A DNA stretch of 64,000 nt from NCBI RefSeq assembly GCF_009914755.1, contig NC_060937.1; one strand, written 5' to 3'. Source of the DNA: the human T2T-CHM13v2.0 reference genome, Homo sapiens. Shown here piece after piece: positions 51,961-64,000 of the stretch. Below the pieces are notes generated by a model. That model was not told the DNA's origin. It worked only from the letters and a program-made list of their open reading frames with translations, and searched no databases. Every line of letters begins with the position of its first letter. The first letter of the stretch is position 1. The position numbers were made by a program, and so were the translations under genes.

Positions 51961-52605
51961 TTTTAAAACAAGTTTTTGATGGAAAAGTTGCAAATAAATT
52001 TAAATTTTTTGATTGGATAAAAAATTATCATGGTAATTATCATGACATATACATGATTATCCTACCTAAAATGAATTAATTTAGTTATTATTTAGCGATT
52101 TGCCCACTAGACAGGATTATGTAGTTTAAAAAAAAACTACATAAATTTTGCTTATTCAGTGACAAAAATAAAAAGAATAAAGAAAACGAATGAAGAAAAA
52201 GTGAAAGTACATCTTTATGACTGGACAAGGAAGTTAAGTAATAACTTTAAAAGCTGTGACTTCCCCTGGATTTGTGTTTCTCCTCTGTGTTTATATAAGA
52301 CAAGTACTGATGTTTATTATGCCATGGCTGCAATTACCATGTATAGCTGAAGCAACGACAATGGCTTTTATTTTCTAGTCTTTCAAAAGATGATATTCAT
52401 GATTATTCTATTGGGAGAGGGTTGACATTAGCCTGGGATAACCTCAGTTTTAGATGCTTATAAATCACTTACATATAATTTAAAAAGTCAGTAAAATATT
52501 ATTTTATCATCATATTACATATTATGTTATTTAAAACATGTAGACCTTATTATACAAATGCACTAAATATTTAATTATACATTGATTTTTCAAAATTATT
52601 TCTGA

Positions 52606-52607
<2 letters not shown>

Positions 52608-52666
<59 letters not shown>
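52608..52666. repeat. (TATC)14 tetranucleotide microsatellite
   Basis: Perfect TATC run. Confidence 0.98.
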
Positions 52667-54697
52667 GGAGAGAATGATATGTACAACAAGCATCCTAAAA
52701 GTTTTTTAAATATGTGTCACAAGAACTGGGCCACATCAACATATAATTTGAAACCTAACTGTATGAATTATCTGTTCAAGTTTTGTTTATGCAACATTTT
52801 TTTCTCTCCTCGAGATATATGGGATATTAGCTCTTTCATTTCTATGTTTCTAGGCAAAGTTTTAGGATTTTTTAGATTAAATGCACATATAAAGTGCCAG
52901 TTACTTTGAAGTCTGTCCTTTACTTTTCATTGTTCTCTCTTTCAAATGCCAGAGAACATTCCAACAAGTAAGATCTTAATATTTATTTCTTTAATGCCAT
53001 GAAACAGAAAGTGTTTGAAAAGGACTCAGGTTTAAGGTTTTATCTTATGTTTTAAATAACTTATTTTATAACATAGACCCTCCCCTGTCTTCCTCTTTTC
53101 CCCAAATAATTGTCATCATTAAATCCTGCTCTGCTGAGAGGTCACTCACTAGATGATAGCATAATTTATCCAATTAACTGACATATTGAGTTAGTATCTC
53201 CTGTGGAGTTAACGTTTTTGATGAATTTTTTTCAGCTGCCACTTAGCTTTATTACATGCATGGCACTGGCATTTGCGTCTTTCTCCTGGAAGTGATTCCC
53301 CTGAGTCACACCTCAGATATGGGTCTCCCCTTTCAGAGACCTTTAAAACGGGAGCTTTGGCCATTGAGACATTTAAATTGTGCTCACATTGTGACAAAAA
53401 ATACCACATAAAATCAGAAATTGTTTTTAAAGGATCAGTATTTCTCAATCTTCTTGATATGGACAGGATATTTAAGGTTTTATGTTCCATCTTTTGCTAT
53501 ATCACATGTGTTTTTGTTATTCATAAGAAGAGCTTAGCAAAACGTTCATTAAAAACAGTCATGAGGCAACTTAGCCAAAATGTCTTTCTTTTTTCTTCAT
53601 CTGGGCTGAGTTTTAAGGAAGTCTGGGAAGAATTATGGTTTAAAATTGAAGTTGTATCTAAATTGGTAGTTTATACCAAAATCCTAGGCAAAGCCTATTT
53701 AATGTGAATTTTTTTTTTATTACCAAAGCCTTCAACTAATGCCATTTTCCCTAAAGAGGTGGAGAAAAAATCCTATTTCTCACTTGCACTTAGGTTTCAT
53801 ATATAAAAAAATTAAAACTAAGGGAAAAATTATGGAACAATACATTAAAATCTAAAACATGAATTCCATAAGGTATTGCAAATGATGGTTGGCTTAATAA
53901 ATGATAAACAAATATTTTTGATTACTCGTAGATGATTGGGAAAAAGGAATGATTTCCATGGAGTGGAAAGTGTAGTATTCTCAGCTGTTTTAAAAAGAAT
54001 CTCCAAGAAATGTGAAGTGTAAGGAATATATCTGCTTCCTTAAATATATGTTAAATTATTTAATATTTTTTCTTGATATTTTCTAAAAAGAAAAAAAACT
54101 TAAAGACATACACCATGAGCATCCCAAAAGATTGTTAAATGAATATGTCAAGATAATGTAGGAAAAACTACTTGGCATTTCTTAATAAGAAAGCGAGTGG
54201 GAAAATTTACTATGATTAGGTAACAATATAATGATAAGAAAGTACTATTTTGTGTATATTCTAGTCATGTTATTTGAAAAAAAATTAATAAGAAACTATG
54301 TAGTTAGCATAAAATGCCTGTTGAACTAATGCTATTGGGAAGTCAGCTCTCAGGGGATATTCAGTGCAGGGCCAAACTTGCTTTGTGCCTTATGAGAAAG
54401 AAATGCCTATAAGCTCATGGTGAGATCTAATTGAAATACACATAAATGCTTTTATAGCATGTTCTCAAAAAGCTGACATAAATCTGAATGAAATGCCGTT
54501 TATAAAAGCAGAGTATTTTGAATAGACACACATAATTCATGTACATACTAAACAATTCATGTACATAATAAAGAATTAGGAGCCAAAACTTCTATTTGAA
54601 AGGTCACTTTTCTAGAACTGGTTACTGTTGGGCTGAAAGTAATGTATTCTATATAGAAATTCCAGAATAAAAGCACCTAATTTTCTTTTGCTACGTC

Positions 54698-55010
<313 letters not shown>

Positions 55011-55773
55011 TCTTTTGCTGTTGTCATAACAATGTTAGAAACTATGTAAATGTTTAATTCACAAAACATAAGAGACATTTTTAATGAAGAAATAAATGCC
55101 CATCTAAGGTGAAAACAGTGGGCGATATGTAGATATCTTATAAAAACTCATTATAATCAGGGCCACTATTTTACCTCAGGTAAAATACAAGTTAATTTCT
55201 CAAGGAGATTTATTATTATTTAATATGATATTGATAAAATAATTTCACAGATAAATTTTTACTTAAAATGTTAACATTACTATTGATAAAATAATTTATT
55301 TTTCTTTTTATAAGGTCATAAATCCAAGACTTGGAGAATATGCATACAATTATGAATATACAAAATTAAAAGTGATTGTGAAATGTATTTTAATATATTC
55401 AAATGTGGTGTACAGAGTAGTTTTACCAATTTAGTGATGATATTAGAAATATTGGCAATTCACATGTAATGTTAAGCAAATGACTTCAGTGGAAAGCATA
55501 GCACTGTAGATTCAGTTAGTTGTCTCTGTTAGAATAGTTAACGTTCAGTGTATCAATGTGTTGAACATTAGTGTTCAATGTTAACCTCTCTTGGTTTAGT
55601 TATTTTGCGTGCATAATGAAGGTATATGTGCAATCATCTAGCAATGAATTATGTCTATAGGAACCAGAAATTCTGAAATTACTGGAGCATATTCAAAACC
55701 ACTTGGACCTATTGAACAGTTTAAGCAATCTCAGTGCAATAATTTTGCTCACATTATTAATTTGCTCAGCAAG

Positions 55774-56145
55774 TGATATGATTTGGCTGTGTCTCCACCC
55801 AAATTTTATCTTGAATTGTAGTTCCCATAATCCCCACGTGTTCTGGGAGGAAGCCTGTGGGAGGTAATTAAATCATGGGGGTGGCTACCTCCATGCTGTT
55901 CTCATGATAGTGAGTTCTCACAAGATCTGATGGTTTTATAAGGGGTTTTTCTCCTTATTGCTCTGCACTTGTCCTTGCTGCCTCCATGTGAAGAAAGACA
56001 TGTTTGCTTCCCCTTCTGCCATGATCGTAAGTTTTCTGTAACCTCCCCAGCCCTGCAGAACTGTGTGACAATTAAACCTCTTTCTTTTATAAACTAACCA
56101 GTCTCAGGTATGCCTTTATTAGCAGTGTGAGAACAGAATAATACG
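55774..56145 (+). mobile_element. THE1 (THE1C-like) MaLR solo LTR
   Basis: tgatatgatttggctgtgtc...gttcccataatccccacgtg...tttattagcagtgtgagaacagaataatac; perfect 5-bp TSD gcaag (55769-55773 / 56146-56150). Confidence 0.93.
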
Positions 56146-57914
56146 GCAAGTTTTATGTATAAATATAACCAAGGTGAAAATTTCTACCCTATCATAATGT
56201 CTACTTACTGACATTCAACCAAATGGATATATGTAACTGTAATTTTGGTCCCCTTCTGTATGAAAAAAAAAAAAGGATTATTAAGTTTAAGACTTCTGGG
56301 GTCAGAAAACAAGTGGAAGATCATGATGAGAGACATGGATCTCTCCACTGGGTCACAGTGTTTTGAGCCCTCTGTAGATGTTGTGTCTGCTGCAAAGAAT
56401 CAACCAGCATCATTGCTTGGAGGGCTGGGGAGATATCTGTGTTCCTCAGTGTGAACAGAAAACTGATGTAAATTTTGTGTGTTTTTTAAAGTATTGTCTT
56501 TGTAGTATCAGGCATTTGCTTAAAAACATGTATATCTATAATACTTCATGTTGCCCCTTTCTTAGAAGTTTACACTTTAAACTTTCAGTCATTAATAATT
56601 ACATGAGTGATTGAAGCCAATGAATTAAAAAATATTGCTTTAGATCATCAAAATAACAATTAGTTTTATATAAGGCATAGATTTTCTTCTTAAAGTCCCC
56701 CCCCAAAATAAATAAATGCATAGCTAAGTAAACTAAGCACTAGTTATATTCAAAAGTATTTTATAATTTTTTTCAAAAAGTCAGAGCTGAATTAATATTC
56801 AATTCAATTGATTCATGTGGTAGGTCGTTGCACTTGTTCAAAGAAATATAGAATGCAAATATTTCAATGCTTTTAAAAGAAATCATGCTATCCAATAAAC
56901 AGTGACATTGTATATATATTTTACTAATGTCATACAGTTTCAGATCTGTCCTATAAAGCAGAACAAAGTAGAAAGGTGGCCATTGCTTTATATTCATCCA
57001 TGATTGATCTACTACTGAGCATTTATTTCAAAATCTCCACTAAGAATGGGAAAAGTACACCATCTACATCATTGTTTAAGTGCTAGGCTCAGCTTTGAGG
57101 AAGCACAGTAGGTGGCTGAAGTGAGAATTAAAACCGCCCAGTTTCTAAAGCTTACACATTTTTGTATTCCTCTTCAAAGGTTCCAGTGATGGCAGATTCT
57201 TTCCAATCTTGTTATGCAATTAGTTGCCTTGATTTTGCAAAGGAAATAAGGCCTTCATATCATACCAATAAGAAAGAGCCTTAACAGGACCTATTTTATT
57301 TCTATACCTTTATGAAAAAAAATCAGCACAGACATTGATATATATAGATTTTACTTCTAGCCTAATGTGAAATACAATAAAATAATTAATAGCAACTTTG
57401 TGTTAGGCAACTGAAGGTGTTTCAAATATCAATACAATTTTAATTTATACTTTGACAAAAACACACTGGAACAAAAGGGCTCTATGTAATGTCTAATAAT
57501 TTCAATGAAATCATTTTATAAATTGCCTTATTTCTCTTAGCATAGCCTTGTGATGCCAAAGCTTGCCTCCCAGAGACATTTTTTATGAGTGACATCAAAT
57601 ATAAAATGTAACCACCTGAAAAGATTTATATTATATCACTATAATAAACAGAGATATGTATAATACATTTTGAATGAATTATCCAAATATTGTCAGGAAA
57701 ATGGCTTTGGTTATGTCAATATGTGTGTGAAGTGATTTTGATCAATATTTAAATGTCTTTCATCTTACCTGATGTACTATTTGTCATGAATCTTAGTGTC
57801 TATTTGTTTAAAAAAGTTAAACCACTTATCTTACCCCAATTTTTAATTTTATCCAAGAAGGCTTTCTTTAAAGAGTAAAATTATGGAGACAGATTGAGTG
57901 AAAAAAGCGAGAAT

Positions 57915-58300
57915 ATGCTCTATGCCGTTCCTTTTACCTGGAAATCCCTCTGTTCTTTTTCTACCTTTTTTCATAACCTTCTTCACAACCACCATATAGT
58001 TGATGTCATCTAATTAATTTTTCTTGGCTCATTCCATTTGACTCTATACGCTTCTTTACTTAGATCATCACCCACACTAACATGTTTAACTTCCACTAGT
58101 TTAATGTACACTTGATCATTAATTTTAGTTTAATTCTATACTAGAATACATAGTGCAAGATGACAAGAGCTAATGTCATTGGATTCTTTGGCCTTTCGTC
58201 TTATCTTCCATTATCTCCTTTTTAATGATGTACCCCTGAATTCTCATCAATCTTTACTGGCATAGTCTCTATGAACATAGAAAACTGCTTACAAATCTGC
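57915..58300 (+). mobile_element. L2 3' region (degraded)
   Basis: atgccgttccttttacctggaaatccctc...tatactagaata...gatgacaagagc. Confidence 0.4.
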
Positions 58301-58538
58301 TACTTATTACAGTGAATATAAGGACTAATAGTAAAACAATATTTTAATATGAATATGTATTCCTTATTAATGATAGTATCACTAAAATTTTTGGACTTGA
58401 TTTCAAAATACCAATGTCCTCTCTTCAAAGCATTGTATTATCATTTCAAATATTTAAAGTACAAATTGCATTTATGGCTGTCCCTCTAAGTTGATTTGTT
58501 TGTACTTTGGGAGCTTAGTATTTACTAATTCTCTCTGA

Positions 58539-58906
<368 letters not shown>

Positions 58907-60562
58907 AAAATAACTTTTCTTAACATTGTGATAATAGTTTTCCATTTAAGTAAAATATGGGAGTCTCATCCTATTTAGTTCAGCTTAGGACAGCTTGGTG
59001 TACTCTGATCAATCCCTAATGTGGGTGTTCTGCATTTCTTCATCACCATGGCAGGCACTGGCGGAGCTAAGATTCTTACTGTGTGAGCACTGCTAGCATG
59101 CTTGATCAGTGAGGTCATGTGCAGGAAGTGCAAAGATTAACCTAGAAGGAGTCTGAATCCTACCTGTGAAACAAAATAGTTAGTAATGCTGCTAGCCAAT
59201 TACACAGTACTCTCAATCCATAACATTATCATGAAATTCTATTTTTCCATCACTGCATATAGGGTACAGTATTCTTAATACACATTTATTTATTTATTTT
59301 TCCTGGTTTAAAATGTACTCTTAATATAAATAACTGTTAAAGAAAAATGGGGAACAACTGAAAGTCCATACAAGTCATTTAAAAAATTGAATGTTTAGAT
59401 ATTGCTATTTCTCTAGCTAGTTATCTTATTAGATAACATTATGTGTAGAGTTGGCTAACTTGATTCTTTTCCACCAGACAACACAGTGAGGATTTTGCCC
59501 TTTCAATAAAATATATATATCAAGAGTTGAGAGGAGTATATATTGTGAAAAAAAAGTAATAAGAAAAAATATGGTTTGCCTTGGACTCTGATCCTATTGT
59601 GGAAACTAGTTAATGTGGGAAACTCAGATCTCTGAGATTAAAGAAAAGAGTAAGTTTTCTTACATAAAATGTTTCTCATAGGAGAGCCCACTTAGAAATA
59701 ATGTATTGTAGTAGTTTTTTTTGAATTTGCTAAATATTTTGAAAATGTTGCTTAGTATATACACTCTATGGTCTTATTTTTACATGCTTATTCTCATTTC
59801 AGAGTAATTTACTTACAATAGTTTTATTTTAGTTAGATGAAACTTTTTATCATAAGATGTTGAATGTTTTGATTATTGGTGTTTTCAGTGATGAGATGCA
59901 TCAAGTTCAATAAGACACCTTGAGAATGTACTTTTTCTTACTCAATGATCAATCTTCTTTATATTATGATAATTTCTTCAATATCTGTGAACGTGCAGTA
60001 TTTTATACAATTTATCAGGGAAAAAATCTTCTCCGAATTATGATAATTGACAAGACAGTAGCAAAGCTTTGAGTCAAAATACTGTAAACAGAGACAAAGA
60101 AAACAAATGTGCAGATAATTTATTTCTCATTTTTAAAAATATTTGTCAAACATTCTTTGCAGTGTTGTGGATACCTAGTTATTTCCTAATGTTCTAAAGA
60201 AAATAATAATATAGACAGGTAAATTTTAAAAGAAAGCCAAACTATATACACATATGAGATAGACATGTAATATAAGCAGAAAAAAACAGTGACAGTACTC
60301 ATCACCAGAGAAAAAATTGGTAAAAAAGTAACTGATATGTCTACACTTGAAAAATTAACTGCGAGACTGGAAAAGAATATTTGTGTAAAGCTTGCGCTGG
60401 AGATGTCTAAGAGTCAACGCTATTTCTGGAGTTCTCTCTACTTCCTCTAAAAGATATGGTCTGGTAATTTTTTTTGTTCACAACAGAGAAAATAAAATGT
60501 CTGTTTATGTCTGCTTAGAACAATTTATGAAGAGAATGTTTTACTTTAAAAAGGCGTAATTC

Positions 60563-60902
<340 letters not shown>

Positions 60903-61419
60903 TTACAGTGACCTAAAATCTCATTATCTCCTGTCTTCCAATGTTACAATATAAATATTTACTGGCATCATTTACAACACATCATATGAGTCAACCATTA
61001 ACCATTATCACCAATAACCATTCTCACATTAATCATGACGCTGTCCGGGTCATGCATGTTAGCCCCTGCTCCTGCTCATGGAGAAATTACCAACTGATTC
61101 TCTTCCATTATATATTGGTGATAGGACATATTTTTCTCTTCATGCCTCTATTCTCAACAGTATCCTATGCCCTGTTCCCAGTTTAGGGTAGTTGATAGGT
61201 ACAGTGTTTCTAGAACTTAAAATTGGTTCTTCTTACAAAGTGGGTTGGCAGTCCCATACTCAAAGAAAACTCAGTGAAAATGCTGGTAGTAATTTGATTC
61301 CAGGCTAACTCAGATGTGGTCTTACTACTGCCATCTGACATTATAAAATCTTCCCACTTTTGTGTAGCACTCCACCTACCTACATCTGCCTCCTCATACA
61401 ATTTTACGGGAGGGTAGAA

Positions 61420-63010
61420 GAGACTTACTATCCCATTGTATAATCCATCCTATCCCCCTTTTCTCAGGATATCTCCACTACTGTTTCCCTTTCAGAATTT
61501 TTCTTCCAACTGTATCTTTCCCACAAACCTTCAATTTTGTTTATACGTCTTTGTCCTTACATTGCATTCCAAGGATAATCTTGCCACTGGATTCCTCTTT
61601 ACAGTCAAATATCTGGAAATAAATTTATATTCCTAGTTTCTCTACTTCCTCAGCCCCTGTTCACTTCTCATCGCCCCCCAACTCCACAACTCCAAGACCC
61701 TACCAAGAAGCACTTTCTGAGATGAGCAAAGACCTCTCATTCCCTAAATGCAGTGGGAGAGGTCTTGCTAGACTCCTCAACAGCTTTGGAAATTGTGAAG
61801 TATTGTGACATCCAGTCAACATTAATTTCAGACCCTTTTCAGACACTGGGAACATGGTGATAAACAGAACAATGTCCCTGCTGTTACAAAGCTTACTTTC
61901 TAGCAGGGAAGACAGAAAATAAACAGGAAACAAATAAACATGAAGAAAATATATTGTTCAAAAGTAAGAAAAAAATAAAGGAAATGCAATTGATGAGAGG
62001 ACAAGAATAATATTTTAGTTGGGATATTCATGGAGTAATTCTTTTGATTCTTGAAGTATTTCTTCTTTGGGCCACTGCAACACACCCTCCTCATTTTTCA
62101 CTCCTCTGAGACTCCTTTGCACCTCTTTGTTCATCTCAGCACACAATGGTAGCATTCAAGAAGCTTGTGCTGGGCTTTCCTTCCCTGACTCTACACATTA
62201 ATCCCAGGCAATTAAATATATATGAATAAACCTCAACATTTTCATAGCCAGATATGTATTTATCTCAGAACCTTAGATCATAACGTCCATCTAGGTATCT
62301 CTCTAACATCCATCTGGGTTTCTCCTGGCACTGCACCCTTGAAAGATTTCAAGACAAAACTCCTTATTAACGTTGACCTCTATTCATTCTTTGTGTAACC
62401 CATGTATCACCAAATCCAATGGTAGAAGTCAGAAATATGGAAGCTTTTTTTGTCCCTTTTCATCCTCATCTTCCATAAGTAACCCATCATTGCCGATTGT
62501 ACCTCATAAATATCTTTCAAGTTCATCCATTTCTTTCTGTCTTCAAAAACAACTACTTCATGCCAATCTACCATTGTCTCTCAACTGGAGAAAATAATAG
62601 CTTTTTTCCCCCAGGATTCAGTCATCATCTGTCTGCCTTTTTTTTTTTTTTTGGCTTGTTTTATATTATTCTTTATTCTCCAAATTATTTTCAAAGTCAT
62701 CACTTGACAATTTCAAGCTGTTAAAAATTCTTCTGAGACTTAGCTCTGGACACATTGTCCTTCAATTCAGATGTCAGTTCTTCAAGAATGTTTCCTCTAG
62801 CTCAAAAGGCACATTCAGGTGGCTTTGTTATATGCTATCGGAGTATGTTGTGTTTTTCTTTAAAATGTTAACCAGGGTTAAAAGTTTATATTTACCTGTG
62901 TAATTACTTAAATAATGTTGTGCTCTACTTCCATACCACATGCTTTTGAGCAAATTATCTTACATTGCAGTACCTAAAATGGAACTCAACATGTATGAGT
63001 GAGTAAATAC
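61420..63010 (+). mobile_element. L2 LINE (long degraded fragment), interrupted
   Basis: Pyrimidine-rich L2 body: aaagacctctcattccctaaatgcagtgg, tttatctcagaaccttagatc, tcttccataagtaacccatc; 3' end aactcaacatgtatgagtgagtaaat. Confidence 0.6.
61835..62030 (-). mobile_element. L2 3'-end fragment in opposite orientation within the L2 above
   Basis: cagacactgggaacatggtgataaacagaacaatgtccctgc...agcttactttctagcagggaagacagaaaataaaca. Confidence 0.65.
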
Positions 63011-64000
63011 ATGTTGAAGAAAGTTGAAGATTAGTGAAGTGATTATATTGTTATAATTTTCTATTTGGTGGCCACTTTGTAGATTTATCAAGGATCTTTT
63101 CATTGCAAGGATGGACATATAAGTTAGGTTACAGAGAGTAGCACTAGGAAGCAGAGTGAATAAAGCATATAATTTTTAAAAAGGCATGGATTACATTCTG
63201 GCTAAAGAGAGAAACAAGTAAAATAAAAGGTTTGCTAAATAAAACCATATTTTAAGTTTAAGATGAGAGTTGTAAACAAAGTTTTATAGTGAGGGAAAGG
63301 GGCAATTTCTAAAAAAAAAAAAAGAAATTGATTATGTGAATATAATAAAAGGTTAAAAAAGTACATGATGGACCAGAAGACAGGGGTCTAAAGAAAAGAA
63401 AGAGGGAGAAGAAGTCATCTGAGTTGGAGAAATGTGAGCAAACATGGAACATATGAGGCATTTGGTGTAGTTACTGAAAAGTTTTTAGCACCACGATACT
63501 GCAAGGGAAAGATGCCTTCTGTCCCATGGAATTTCATTCATTGAGAAATAAAGTCCTGGCAATTTTGCTTGGGAAAATACAATGGAGTTCTTCTCTCCAG
63601 ACGTTTTGCTGCATCATTACATGTAAAATTTTCCACTAACGAACTTCACACATAAAAATATAAATATTCTCACTTTAATATTTATGTCAAAATATGATTT
63701 TGCTATCACAGCACTGTAGTTTATAATTTAAATTGTAAACTTTTCATAATGAGAGAGGTAAGGACCATAGTAACATATGATTCAATTTTCTCATGCTATA
63801 GATTTAAAAACTGAGCTCACACAGCTAAAGAACAATGCTAGAGTGATAGCCTGACTCAATATTCAATTAAATGTCATTTCAAAATCAGTTCCTAGAATCT
63901 TGCCTATCTTGTATGCTCCTGTGGTTCTTAGGATAACATATCTCTGTTTTCTAAATTGTAATCATTTTTCCTGGCTAACATCTGCACAGGCTGCTATTTG

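Noticed and set aside
46708-53707. 143-aa (46708) and 144-aa (53273) ORFs in mostly unique DNA
   Set aside because: Non-ATG starts, no recognisable homology or exon structure; lengths near chance expectation for 64 kb in six frames
55561-55578. ttgaaca-ttag-tgttcaa hairpin
   Set aside because: 7-bp stem is within chance expectation in AT-rich DNA

Overview
This is primate (most likely human or great-ape) AT-rich, non-coding genomic DNA, intergenic or deep-intronic. I see no supportable protein-coding exon, RNA gene or CpG island. The supplied ORFs are short and fall in Alu, MaLR/ERV, L1 or microsatellite sequence, or are at chance length. The window is dominated by interspersed repeats: ten Alu-family elements (one a monomer), several MIR/L2 relics, L1 fragments, MaLR LTRs, and the DNA-transposon relics MER20, MER1 and MADE2. 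A dense LTR/L1 island spans about 18.8-36.3 kb. It holds a two-LTR MST element with a nested LTR1 and a nested young L1PA, an LTR10C, an LTR8 nested in a MER34/39-type LTR, about 4.6 kb of MER4-group ERV internal sequence, and an old L1 with a twin-priming-type inversion. I found no evidence for a new gene system. The most interesting signals are mutational scars read directly from the sequence: (1) a rearrangement cluster at 46.98-49.01 kb with a 160-bp dispersed direct repeat, a truncated MER1, a 63-bp duplication with a ~200-bp microsatellite in only one copy, and a 19-bp hairpin; (2) a multi-segment fold-back templated insertion in a MIR at 17.95-18.03 kb; (3) a self-templated insertion inside the inverted L1. 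Repeat subfamily names come from recalled consensus sequences and need RepeatMasker/Dfam confirmation.
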